Origin: Lytechinus pictus
Taxonomy: Eukaryota
Direction: 5' to 3'
Assembly: GCF_037042905.1 (NCBI RefSeq)
Contig: NC_087251.1
Span: 5,272,001 to 5,336,000, forward strand
Length of the DNA: 64,000 nt
Below are positions 1-12,148 of this stretch, one piece after another; the stretch's first letter is position 1, and each line of letters starts with the position of its first letter. The position numbers and the translations under genes are program-made. The notes under the pieces were generated by a model, which was not told the origin of the DNA, made no database searches, and was given only the letters and a program-made list of their open reading frames with translations.

Positions 1-323
1 TATTGAATGAATTTCTGATTGCGTTAAACATCTGTGTCCTTATTTGGACACGTCAAATTCCTAGTTTCTCTATTCATCTTAATTTTGAATGATCAAAATC
101 AATTTTTTTTTTGTTAATTTCAAGGTGCAACCTTAAGAGGGGTTTGCAAGGACAATGCTAATTCAGCTCATAATAGCCTTTGATTGTTTTGTAAAGAAAA
201 GCTTTGTGTGTACACAGTACAATGTGATGTACCATCACTATTGTGTATGTGTGTATGAACAATAGACTTAATAGCACTCTGTGTGTATTGTGAATAGAAT
301 GTGACTTGATTTGAACTTGGCAG

Positions 324-719
324 CAGTGTTTCCACTCTTCCCAAAATTCAGGAAATTTTGACTTTTTCCAGGAAAGATTCAGGAAATTAAAAAAATTCCA
401 GGAAATCCGAAAAAAATTACAATTAAATGTAGCAACTTTTAATATTCATGTTATATTTAAAGAATTATTCACCTCGATTTGTAGCTCAAAATTTTCTGCT
501 TGTGCACGAATATTATAATTTTGTCCCTATTTTAAAAGAGGGCGTGAACAAAAATGTGCTAAATTCCTTGATTTGGGACACATGGACTAAATTTAGATCG
601 CTGCATTATTGCCCGATTTTTTAAAAATCATACTTGAAAATTCCAGAAAATGTCTATAAATTTTGGGAAATTTGGGATTCAGTTTTTAGGAAATTTATTT
701 TGGATCTGTGGAAACTCTG
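324..719. mobile_element. hAT-like MITE (non-autonomous DNA transposon)
   Basis: TIRs CAGTGTTTCCAC / GTGGAAACTCTG; perfect 8-bp TSD CTTGGCAG at 316-323 and 720-727. An 8-bp TSD with CAG ends is typical of hAT. Confidence 0.75.
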
Positions 720-837
720 CTTGGCAGTCTGCTTTATGTGACTCTAGTCGAACAAAGCAGGCAAATAGTTCAATCTTTTGAAACACTTTTCATGAAATCA
801 GTTGCTTCTTTTAATGTTTCTTTGTTTATTTTCTCAG

Positions 838-3800
838 GTTGTTGAAAAGGCTTGACTTCCCTTCAATGTCGTTTACCCTATTTTTTATGGGTTTTGCTGA
901 TGAAGCTGATATCCCTAAAGATGAGAAAGAAAGGATTAAATGGACATTCATGCAACCAGGAACCATAGAACTTACTTAGTAAGAACTTGCATTGTCATCT
1001 GTATTGGTGATGTAAATCCCTTTGAATAGATGATTCATTTGACAGTGGGAAAGTTATTTCATTGATGTTGGCTATCTAAATTTGAATGTTAATCCCTGCA
1101 GTAAATAAGACATTCTGATTATATGCAAATGGTCATTTTCAAACGTGAGTGACACGTCAATCGGAGAGGGTTAAGGGCTTATATCTTCAAACTTAAAGGT
1201 TATGAATCAATCATGACTTCTATATTATATACAATGTAGGACTGGCATGGGTCACTAGCAGTTTGATTTGAATTCTACCGCACGGTAGTTTGCTGTTCAG
1301 ACCCTACATGTAGTTTATCACGAGTGGTATGAATGGTGGCCGTACAAAGAATGATTTTGAACTTGGCATGTCGCCGCTTCAAGCAATATCCAAAATGTTC
1401 TATCAAATCTCAGTACATTCTCACCAGGGGCCCGTTGCATAAAACTTTTTACCTGAGAAAACTCAGGTTGTTTTTACCGGAGTTTTTTCCCTGTGTTAAA
1501 GTCAATGGCAGAAATCAGACTAACCTTAGTTTTCAGTTTTTACCAGAGTTTTCTCAGGTAAAAAGTTTTATGCAACAGGCCCCTGAAATGTTCTTGCAAA
1601 TTTTTTTATTTTATGTCTCGAATACAAGCTTTGTGGCAAAAAAGGTTGATTTTAATCAATCAGAACAAAAAGGAAAATATTTTCGTTTCTGATTTTGAAA
1701 AAATGTTTGGTGTTCACAGAGATCTATCTCATACACTACTCTACCTCTAAAATTTCTGCAAATCTTAGAATAAGATCCCTGACTTTTAAAAAAAAAAGTG
1801 AATTTTCTGCTCATTTCTGTAAATGGAGACAGAGAATGTTCAAGTCATACCTGTATGACTTGAACCATCACCAACTCTTTATGCACTGTAAATATGTCCA
1901 TTACTTAGTATAGTGGTTTTTCTCTTGATACATTAATAATTTTGTGTTGATTGATATTAAATGTTGTTATATTCTTCATCTCAGTACATTCACCAAAATA
2001 TGAATTAGGATCTGAGTCTTCACACCAATGGAAAGTTGTCAGGATTTTTGAAACCGTGGCGACCATGGGGAGGAGGGAAAATAGATGAACTCAATGTCAA
2101 ATTCAATATTTCCATTAAAAGGAGTGAAGTTAGGAAAATGGAGAAAATTATTAGCCTAAAATAGGCCTAAACGATGTCAGGAATAACATTTTGACTGTAT
2201 TCCTGAATTTATCAAGTAAAATGCTTCAAAAATTATTGGATGTCCTTTTTCATACACAATATGATACCGTGAGTGACACAACATTTCGTGAGTGACACGA
2301 CATTGTGAGTGACATGACACAACTTTAACAGTTAATTTTAGCTCTACCTTAACACATTGGACCAAGTTACTTTATATACAATAAGGTACGGGAAAACTGT
2401 ATTTGCTCCTGTACTGGGATAAATTAATTTTCAAAATACACAGCTCTAGTAAACTTTTTGTATTTAAAACGTGAGTGACACGACAACCAGTTTTGAAAAC
2501 TTTGAAGCCCTATTTTTTCAGAGAAACACTTCAGATAATTTGTTTTTGCTATATAGGAGTTAAGATACAATACACAGCTTGTTTTTTGCAAACAAATGCA
2601 CTTCTAATACAAATTTTATATAGTAATAGGCAATATGTGAATTTTAATGTAAAAATCAACATTTTGTAACATTAAATTTCCCTTGAACTAAATTCACTGT
2701 ATCTCAAGACAATAAGACATAATGAATAATTTTATGTAACTGAAATGGAAAAAAATATACTTGAAGATGTCTAGTTTAAAAAAACTTTAAAGCCTAATGA
2801 TATCTAGCAAGTTTTAATTTTCACCCCCATGTCCACTTTTGTTTGAAAATGAACAAATGAAAAAACTTATTTTAATGCAAAGAAATTGAGTATTTGGTGC
2901 ATTGCACTTCAAATATAATACAACCAACTCAGCTCATATTCTGCAATTATTTTATTCATTTTAAATGCTTACTTCCGGTGTAACTTCAACTACCCAGAGC
3001 CTAGCACACAGTCTAAATCTGACATAACAGTAGCTTGCAAATTAAAATTATTAGTTTAGATGTCCCAAAAGTGGCAGGTAGCAAGGTTTCGTTGTGACTA
3101 CGTGCAGTTGAGATTTGATCTAGTTTGTTTGTAATTTGATAAAACTTAAAATGACTGATCATTTACGATGTGTTATTTTGGTGTATCTACTTATCTTATA
3201 TGTTTGAAGTTTTTTTTTACTTGTTTCAGTAACTATGGAACAGATTCTGATGATAGTTTTGAAGGGTACCATAATGGTAACAAGGAACCTAGAGGATTTG
3301 GTGAGTATTCTGTTTCATTTTTAAGTGATATAGAATGAAAATTATTATTATGGTGTTTATAAACTGAACTAAACTGAAACTCATTTATTAAAGAAAGCTT
3401 GGAAAACACAGGTTTGTAGGTAGCAACCACAGGATCTTAATATGCCACGTTAATTTGCATTGAAAAAATGGTAGATTTTCTTTTTAAGATTTGAGAATAT
3501 GAAAAATTATTGCTCAATGTGAATGAGTAGAAATTAATCCACAGACACAATTGCATAATGTTGTTTTCCAAAGCCTGTATTGCTAATAAGAGAAAATGTA
3601 TTATTATGACTGTATATATAATAAAGTTCATAAGTTCATTTTATTTGTCTTCCAACTTTGAGTTTGAATACATGACAAACATACAAGTGTGTATGAAACA
3701 ATGAGCAGAGTACATGATAAAACATACAGGTATACAGAAAACATTGTTTTTAAATACATTATACAGCATTATACAGACAGAAAAGAATTAATTTTAAAGG

Positions 3801-6800
3801 AAGACGAGGAGACCTAAGTGAAGCAATGCTTGTAAATTAAGGTTCCTCATTATGAATTCAAAGAACATTGGATAAACAACACAGAAATGGCAATATGATA
3901 TAATATGATAACTAAAGAGAGAGGCAGGGAGAGAAGAGGGACACACTTATGTACAAAAGGGACAAAAAAGGGGACATGAGGACAGAGACCAGCCAGGCCC
4001 GGGAAAGGGAGGGGGATGAAACGTATTGATAATTTAGCATTAAATGATAAATAACACACAAAAAATAGGCTTTACGATTCACTTCCATAGTTACTCAGTA
4101 AATAAGATTTCAATTTTCGTTTAAACACTGTAGAACTGACAGCATGTGTAATGTCAGGGTCAAGTGCATTCCAAAACCTGGGTCCAGTGCAAACTAGAGT
4201 GCCCAAAGTGAACATTGTTCTTGCACGAGATATATGGAGAGTGGAAGATTGTCTAGTATTGTAATTGTGTACTTGACTTTTTTTCTTAAATATCAGTGCC
4301 AGGGCTGAAGGGAGACTTCCTGTATCAAAATCATACATAAGAGATCCTAGCTGCATAAAGTAAATATCTTCCACTTTCAATAAGAAATTGTCATGAAATA
4401 AAACATTTGTATGGGCACGATAACTGACATTACATATACTTCTAATAGCTCTCTTCTGAACAATTAATAATTTTTGCAATTGCGTTTTAAGTGAGTTGCC
4501 CCAGGCAAGCACACGGTAGTTTAAGTAAGGAACAATTAATGAATATAATATAAATAAGATTTCTTTAGGGGAAAACTGATCTCAACTTGTATATAACACC
4601 AGTATTTTTTTACAACAGTTTGCAGAGATGATTTACATAAAGTTTCCAGTTCAATTTCTCATCAATAAATAACCCAAGAAATTTAGTTGAGGTTACTCTT
4701 TCAAGACAGACATTATTAAACATTACATTGCCAGGCAGCATTTTTAAGGAATTGCTAAAAAGCATATAATTTGTCTTTTGAAAATTAAGTGATAATTTAT
4801 TGGCTTGAACCCACAAGATAACATTCTTCAATTCACAATTCACTGTTTCTATCAGGGTTAGAGGATTCCTATGTGAAAAAAATACACTAGAATCATCAGC
4901 AAAGAAAATAAAGGATAATTTGTTTGATGAATTTTGAAAATCATTTATATACAGTATGAATAAGAGAGGTCGTAGAAGAGACCCCTGAGGGACACCACAT
5001 GTAACACTTTGCAAGCTGGAATTAATTTTATTCAAAGATACAAATTGTCTCCTGTCAGTGAGATAACTCCTAAACCACTCAAGGGCAACACCTCTCACTC
5101 CATAATGGGATAACTTATGTAGCAAAATTTTATGTTCAACTGTATCAAAAGTCTTGGAAAAATCCAAGAATATACCAATTGTGCTCAAGTAATTATCCAA
5201 GGCAGTGGCAACCTTATCAACAAAGTGCAAAATGGCATGTGTAGTTGTTTGCTTCTCGCGAAACCTAAATACAATAAATACAATTGCAAGAAACATGTCC
5301 GTTGCACAATAACGTTTTGAAATTTTTTCCAGTCTATAAGCATTTCACTCATTGAATAGTCCTACATTTTGTCATGTAGTCGAAACATGCAAGTATGAAC
5401 AAAGCTGGAGAGTTCCCCTAACATGTTTCATTTGCTCTCTTGCAAAGAATATTTCTATCTTACATAGAGTAAATAGTCAATAACTAGACTGGCTCTTTGT
5501 CTACTATCTAAACCATTTCATTGGGCTGCCAGTTTCATACCTTTAAGTAATAACTTCAAGCAGTTGCTTATTGATAACAGTAATCTGAAGGGATTACTCA
5601 AACACATTCTTATTTAGAAATTGATGTGCTTTTTATGAGACTTAAATTTGATGTTGCAGATGTTCAACCTCTATTCATTAAGATTCAATGCTCAAGTATG
5701 TTGTTGACACGAAGGAAATCTTTTGTTGAGGGCTCTAAGATGAAATAAGGGAAAGTATGACTGGCGAAAATTTATACTGTCTGTAGCCCATAGTTTCTGA
5801 GAGTAAAGACATAAATTCATTTCATGTTGCTTTATGACAGGTCATATTGGATTGTCTGTACCTGATGTATATGCTGCCTGTGAAAGATTTGAGAAGCTAG
5901 GTGTGAAGTTTATCAAGAAGCCTGATGGTGGTGAGTGTGGTTTTGAAATCGGTAGTATAAAGTATTCCACAGTTTGTCATTTGTTATAAGCTACAAAAAT
6001 CCTTGATCTGACAAGTTGAGAGTGATTTTTAAAAGGAAATTATTCAAAAAGAACCCATTTAGTATCTTGGTCTACAAGCAGATGGTCCAATTTGTCTCAC
6101 ACCATATTGGCTAAACCTAATAGTCTTTTATCATTTTGCCCTTTGGTCCAACTGTCACTTGGTTTGATACTCATGTGGTCTACAGTGTAAATATCATTTT
6201 GACTAATGCACAGAATGATGGTCACTTCTACTGATTATTTTGCGATCTTTCATTGACAATTTGGTTTATAAACAGTTCATGTTATTAGAGCTTTGAAGGT
6301 TTGCATGGTGGTAAGACTGCATGGAGAGTTTTGTGGTAACATCATGTACGTTAGTCCTGAAAAGGACTGTTGGTTAATCTTTTTGATAGTAGCTCTGAAA
6401 AGAACTGTTATTTTTCGATGTTTGCTCTTTGACAGAAAGATAAACCAACAGTCTTCTTCAGGACTAACCTACATGGTGTTACAGCAAAACTCTACATTCA
6501 GTTCATATTGTCATATACTAAGTGGATATGAGACAGAATGGGTATAGCCTAACTTGAAATTAGACAAGGTAGTAAATGGTCTAAGTGGCAATTAGATGAA
6601 AATAAATGGGCAACAGACAATAGATAGACCAGGATTAATGAGAAATATGTTGGATGAGACCAAACAGAAAGGAGTGGGTGTATAAGATGCTCCATGAAAC
6701 GTTGACTTTACCCTATTAATTAGTTTGATTATTTATTGGGTAAAATGGAAAAAGCTCACAAGAGGAATACAGTGAGGAAGAAAACATTCAGAATTTGTTT

Positions 6801-7047
6801 ATTGTAGACTATTTGTTTGTTGGTATGGACATTTCACCAGAATAGATAGGTTACATGTAAATCAATTTTGATTGTTACTCAAGACAAATATATATTTTTC
6901 CCTCTTTCTTCTTTCTCTCCCCTTTCCTCTTCTCTGTTATCTTTCACAGGTTCAATGAAAGGACTAGCTTTTATTCAAGATCCTGACGGATACTGGATTG
7001 AGATACTTAGTGCTAACAAGATAGACACAGCTCTCTCCATTTTCTAA
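838..7047 (+). CDS. GLO1: Lactoylglutathione lyase (glyoxalase I), copy A; 5'-partial (exons 1-2 lie upstream of the window)
   Basis: GT-AG exons 838-978 (141 nt), 3230-3300 (71), 5841-5930 (90), 6950-7047 (TAA). They splice to [132 protein letters not shown]. GlxI motifs YHNGN.EPRGFGHIG and DPDGYWIE are present; exon sizes and phases match vertebrate GLO1. Confidence 0.95.
1131..2854. mobile_element. Old non-autonomous TIR element, possibly Sola-like, in GLO1-A intron
   Basis: GGTCATTTTCAAAC at 1131 and GTTTGAAAATGAAC ending at 2854, both flanked by AAAT (4-bp TSD). Internal motif GTGAGTGACAC recurs about 5 times. Confidence 0.45.
1425..1585. mobile_element. Palindromic Harbinger/PIF-like MITE
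   Basis: GGGCCCGTTGCATAAAACTTTTTACCTGAGAAAACTC ... GAGTTTTCTCAGGTAAAAAGTTTTATGCAACAGGCCC with CWG flanks. A second copy in the opposite orientation lies at about 17346-17502. Confidence 0.7.
3624..5263 (-). mobile_element. 5'-truncated L2/CR1-group LINE (reverse transcriptase C-terminal half), degenerate
   Basis: ORFs 4610-5296 ([29 protein letters not shown]) and 4072-4512 (QKRAIR, HNYNTR, GPRFWN, FKRKLK) are broken by stops and frameshifts. The 3' tail reads AATAAA(ATGAACTT)2 near 3624-3648. Antisense within a GLO1-A intron. Confidence 0.9.
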
Positions 7048-7110
7048 TATTTGTCAAATGATCGCTGAAATACCCTTCACTCAATCATAAAGGGCCCACT
7101 GGTAGAGCAG

Positions 7111-9376
7111 TTTTTGTCTCGCCCACCGGAGGTGAAGGCGAGACTTAGGGATCCAAATGTCGTCCGTCCGTCGTCCGTCCGTCGTTCGTCGTCCGTCCGT
7201 CACAAACTTAATGTCACATAACTCCACAACCGTAAGTCGATTTTCAACCAAACTTGGATGGTAGATGGACTTGGGGGACCTGCATGTTATGCTGCAGTCG
7301 GAGGTCACATGGTAAGGTCAAAGGTCATTTTCAGGTCAACGTTAAAGTTTACATGCAAGACTCTCTTATGACACCTAACTCTGCAACCGTAAGTCGCATT
7401 TTAACCAAACTTGGATGGTAGATGGACTTGGGGGACCTGCATGTTATGCTGCAGTCATAGGTCACATGGTAAGGTCAAAGGTCATTTTCAGGTCAACGTT
7501 AAAGTTTACATGCAAGACTCTCTTATGATACCTAACTCCGCAACCGTAAGTCGCATTTTAACCAAACTTGGATGGTAGATGGACTTGGGGGACCTGCATG
7601 TTATGCTGCAGTCAGAGGTCACATGGTAAGGTCAAAAGTCATTTTCAGGTCAACGTTAAAGTTTACATGCAAGACTCTCTTATGTCACCTAACTCCGCAA
7701 CTGAAAGTCACCTTTCAACCAAACTTGGATGGTAGATGGACTTGGGGGACCTGCATGTTATGCTGCAGTCGGAGGTCACATGATAATGTCAAAGGTCATT
7801 TTCAGGTCAACGTTAAAGTTTACATGCAAGACTCTCTTATGACACCTAACTCTGCAACCGTAAGTCGCATTTTAACCAAACTTGGATGGTAGATGGACTT
7901 GGGGGACCTACATGTTATGCTGCAGTCGGAGGTCACATGGTAAGGTCAAAGGTCATTTTCAGGTCAACGTTAAAGTTTACATGCAAGACTCTCTTATGAC
8001 ACCTAACTACCCAACCATAAGTCACTTTTCAACCAAACTTGGATGGTAGATGGACTTGGGGGACCTGCATGTTATGCTGCAGTCAGAGGTCACATGGTAA
8101 GGTCAAAGGTCATTTTCAGGTCAACGTTATAGTTTACATGCAAGACTCTCTTATGACACCTAACTCCGCATCCGTAAGTCGCTTTTCAACCAAACTTGGA
8201 TGGTAGATGGACTTGGGGGACCTACATGTTATGCTGCAGTCGGAGGTCACATGGTAAGGTCAAAGGTCATTTTCAGGTCAACGTTAAAGTTTACATGCAA
8301 GACTCTCTTATGACACCTAACTCCGCAACCGTAAGTCGCTTTTCAACGAAACTTGGATGGTAGATGGACTTGGGGGACCTGCATGTTATGCTGCAGTCAT
8401 AGGTCACATGGTAAGGTCAAAGGTCATTTTCAGGTCAACGTTAAAGTTTACATGCAAGACTCTCTTATGATACCTAACTCCGCAACCGTAAGTCGCATTT
8501 TAACCAAACTTGGATGGTAGATGGACTTGGGGAACCTGCATGTTATGCTGCAGTCAGAGGTCACATGGTAAGGTCAAAGGTACTTTTTCAGGTCAACGTT
8601 AAAGTTTACATGCAAGACTCTCTTATGACACCTAACTCCGCAACCGAAAGTCACCTTTCAACCAAACTTGGATGGTAGATGGACTTGGGGGACCTGCATG
8701 TTATGCTGCAGTCAGAGGTCACATGGTAAGGTCAAAGGTAATTTTCAGGTCAACGTTATAGTTTACTTGCAAGACTCTCTTATGACACCTAACTCCGCAT
8801 CCGTAAGTCGCTTTTCAACCAAACTTGGATGGTAGATGGACTTGGGGGACCTACATGTTATGCTGCAGTCGGAGGTCACATGGTAAGGTCAAAGGTCATT
8901 TTCAGGTCAACGTTAAAGTTTACATGCAAGACTGTCTTATGACACCTAACTACCCAACCATAAGTCACTTTTCAACCAAACTTGGATGGTAGATGGACTT
9001 GGGGGACCTGCACGTTATGCTGCAGTCAGAGGTCACATGGTAAGGTCAAAGGTCATTTTCAGGTCAACGTTATAGTTTACATGCAAGACTCTCTTATGAC
9101 ACCTAACTCCGCATCCGTAAGTCGCTTTTCAACCAAACTTGGATGGTAGATGGACTTGGGGGACCTGCATGTTATGCTGCAGTCGGAGGTCACATGGTAA
9201 GGTCATTTTCAGGTCAACATTAAAGTTTACGTGTAAGGCTCTTATGACAAGTGTTATTCCATCCCAGTCATTTCACAATGCAGTTTCGATATAATTCTCT
9301 TGCGTGCCCTCGCAAATCACGATATTTCTGGTCATTTTCATAAGTGGGCGAGACACAAAATTGCTTTTGCCTTGTT
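7111..9376 (+). mobile_element. Helentron-associated (HINE/DINE-1/pearl-like) non-autonomous element with internal tandem array
   Basis: Begins TTTTTGTCTCGCCCAC with a short inverted repeat (GTCTCGCC...GGCGAGAC), then a (CGTC)n microsatellite and the tandem core. Ends with subterminal GTGGGCGAGAC plus a short hairpin and TT. Confidence 0.75.
7215..9250. repeat. 157-bp tandem repeat, about 13 units
   Basis: CCAAACTTGGATGGTAGATGGACTTGG recurs at 7248, 7405, 7562, 7719, 7876, 8033, 8190, 8347, 8504, 8662, 8819, 8976 and 9133. Confidence 0.97.
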
Positions 9377-10564
9377 TAACTGAAGTGGCTACCCTGGGTA
9401 AATAAAACACTATTGTTTATTAAAGATATAATTTTGATTATATTTATCTAATTTTACAGGTGGTATATCATGGTAGATATGCATTGAGCTATTTAATCCA
9501 GGAATTAAACAGCTCTTATATCCCACCAGGGTTAAAATGAAAGGCTTGATATTTCTTGTGATAAACAAAAATCAAGGGATAAACAGCTGATTGACTGATT
9601 TTTGTTCCCTACCTTTTGGTTTGTGTATTACCTTTTGAAAATCACTACAAAACAACAAGGAAAATGCAAGGTTGTTCCCACATTTGTAATAGCACAGTGC
9701 ATGGATACAATATAGCTAAAACAGCTTGTGTGTAAATTTTCAAGCGAATTTAGTTCCCTGAGATAGGAATTACAGATCTCATTCAACGATGAATTATGAA
9801 TATTTTGATTAAGAATTTAAAATTATGCTTGTTGAAAAAAAAATTGTATGTGTATTTTCTTTCAAAGTCAGCACTGCTGATATATTTAATCGCGTAATGC
9901 TGATGAGACTGCCAGAGCTGTTCCACTTGCTTTTTTTTACATACTTTCTTATCAAGATTACAATGACACACAAGAGTGTAAAAATATGTTTCCTCACAAT
10001 CCAAGTTGTGCATTTACTTGTCAAACAATCAAGAGATCTCCACACCTAAAATTGAGCAAAACAAATTATGTACTGTAGCTAAAAAGTTATAGTTATGCAA
10101 TCAATTCTCCACAAGGCATGAATTGAATATTAGCATTGCTGTATCCAGGATTTTTTCAAAATTTGCAAGCATATGTTCAATGTGAAGTGCATGGATGAGG
10201 GGACACAAAGCAATCGAGTTGAAAATGAGGGATTTATCATTTTTGGAATTAGATATTAAAATCAAATGATCTGTTACATACTTTTCGTTGATTTAATGAA
10301 AATTTTTTGATAAAAAAAATAGTTACAGCTATGATGATCTCGTCCAAATTTCTAAACAATAAAACAGGTAATTTGACACTTTATTTTTGTATGTTTCAGA
10401 TTAACGTATAATTGCTTCCAATGCCTTATAAGTACCGGTACACATAATTTGGTTTTCTTTCTTTTTGTTGAATCCTTCAGTATTAAATGGACACAGATTG
10501 GTATATTCATCTTCATATAATTAATTTCTATTATATGGATGAACTATTAAAAGAAATTAATATG

Positions 10565-10745
10565 TTTTAATGATAATGCATGCAAGGGATTAATACTGCA
10601 GGGTACCCATTTACCTCACCTGGGTCAAGTGCGGCATTGTGTGGATAAATTTCTTGCTGAAGGAAAACATGCCATGGCAAGGATTCGAACCCATGACCCT
10701 CTGTTTGAAAGGTGAAAGTCAGAACCACTAGACCATGACACACCC
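10565..10745 (-). mobile_element. tRNA-derived SINE
   Basis: Minus strand has a Pol III A box (TGGTCTAGTGG) and B box (GGTTCGAATCC), followed by a non-tRNA body (CCCAGGTGAGGTAAATGGGTACC). It is not a full cloverleaf tRNA gene. Confidence 0.75.
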
Positions 10746-11152
10746 TCAAAGACATACTTCAGTAAATGAAATCTACATACTTAGGTTAACCAGAATAACT
10801 TTTCTGGTTGTATATGCCGTAAATATCTTTTCCACATATTTTATCACTTTTTTATGTAAGTATGATCTGATGTATACATGTATTTGTACTAATAAATCAT
10901 CTACTATGATAAAAAAATCATTTGTTTCTTTTCATGGCTATTTGCAATTAATAGTATTTTGAAATAAAAGAAAAATATTGGATTAAAATATAACTGATTT
11001 ATACCAAGAAATGGATATGATATGGGGTGAACTCATAATTAAATTCTTGTAAATAGAGATAGGGAGAGAGTGAAGAAAGAAGATGGAGAGAGACAGGAAT
11101 GCATGGATGCATGAAAAGGTATACAGTATGTAGCAATTTTTGTGTGTGTTTA

Positions 11153-12148
11153 TTTTTGTCTCACCTGCAAAGCGGAGTGAGACTATTGTAGGCGCCGCTT
11201 TTCCGACAACGGCAGCATCAACACCAAATCTTAACCGAAGCTTAAGTTTTTGAAATGAGAGCATAACTTAAAAAGCATATAGACCTAGTTCATGAAACTT
11301 GGCCATAAGGTCAATCAAGTATTTCTAAACATCCTGCCCGAGTTTCAGGTCACATGACCAGGGTCAAAAGTCATTTAGGGTCAATGAACTTAGACCATGT
11401 TGGGGGAATTAACATCAACATTTTAACCTAAGGTTAAGTTTTTGAAATGTCATAACTTAAAAGACATATTGACCTATTTCACAGAACTTGGATATAAGAG
11501 TTACTAGTATCAAGTATCACTGAACATCCTGTGCGAATTTCAGGTCACATGATGAAGGTCAAAGTTCATTTATGGTCAATGAACTTTGACCAAGTTGGGG
11601 GTATTTGTTGAATTACCATCATAACTTTGAACGTTTATTGGTCTAGTTCATACAACTTGGACATAAGAGGGATCAAGTATCACTGAACATCCTGTGTGAG
11701 TTTCAGGTCACATGACCTAAGGTCAATGGACTTTGGCCATTCTGGGGGTATATGTTGAATAACCATCATAACTCTGAAAGTGTATGGATCTAGTTCATAA
11801 AACTAGATCATAAGAGTAATCAAGTAATCACTGAACACATGACCGAAGTCAAAAGTCATTTAAGGGCATTGAACTTTGGCCATTTTGGTGGTAATTATTA
11901 GATTGTTGTCATAACTTTTAAGTTTATAGATATAGTTTATAAAATGTGGATATAGGGGTAATCAAGTTTCACTGACAATTCTTGGGTCACATGATCAAGG
12001 TCAAATGTCATTTATTGTCAATGAATGTAGTAATGTATCATTATATGAATGGTGTCTTTAGTGAATAATTATTTTATAGAAGTTTTCAAAGTCAGCACTG
12101 CTGCTATCGCGCGATGCAGGTGAGACTGCCAGAGGCGCTCCACTTGTT
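11153..12148 (+). mobile_element. Helentron-associated (HINE-like) element, second family, with diverged internal tandem units
   Basis: TTTTTGTCTCACCTGC...GTGAGAC start and GCAGGTGAGAC + hairpin + TTGTT end; repeated GGTCACATGA..AAGGTCA cores. Same family as 46701-47873; a solitary 3' end lies at about 9860-9930. Confidence 0.75.

Noticed and set aside
7215..9250. CRISPR-like array or repeat-protein ORF (7572-7892)
   Set aside because: Units are contiguous 157-bp repeats with no unique spacers, there are no cas genes, the context is eukaryotic, and the unit length is not a multiple of 3.
10680..10745. tRNA gene
   Set aside because: It has A and B boxes but no good acceptor stem, and it continues into a SINE body.
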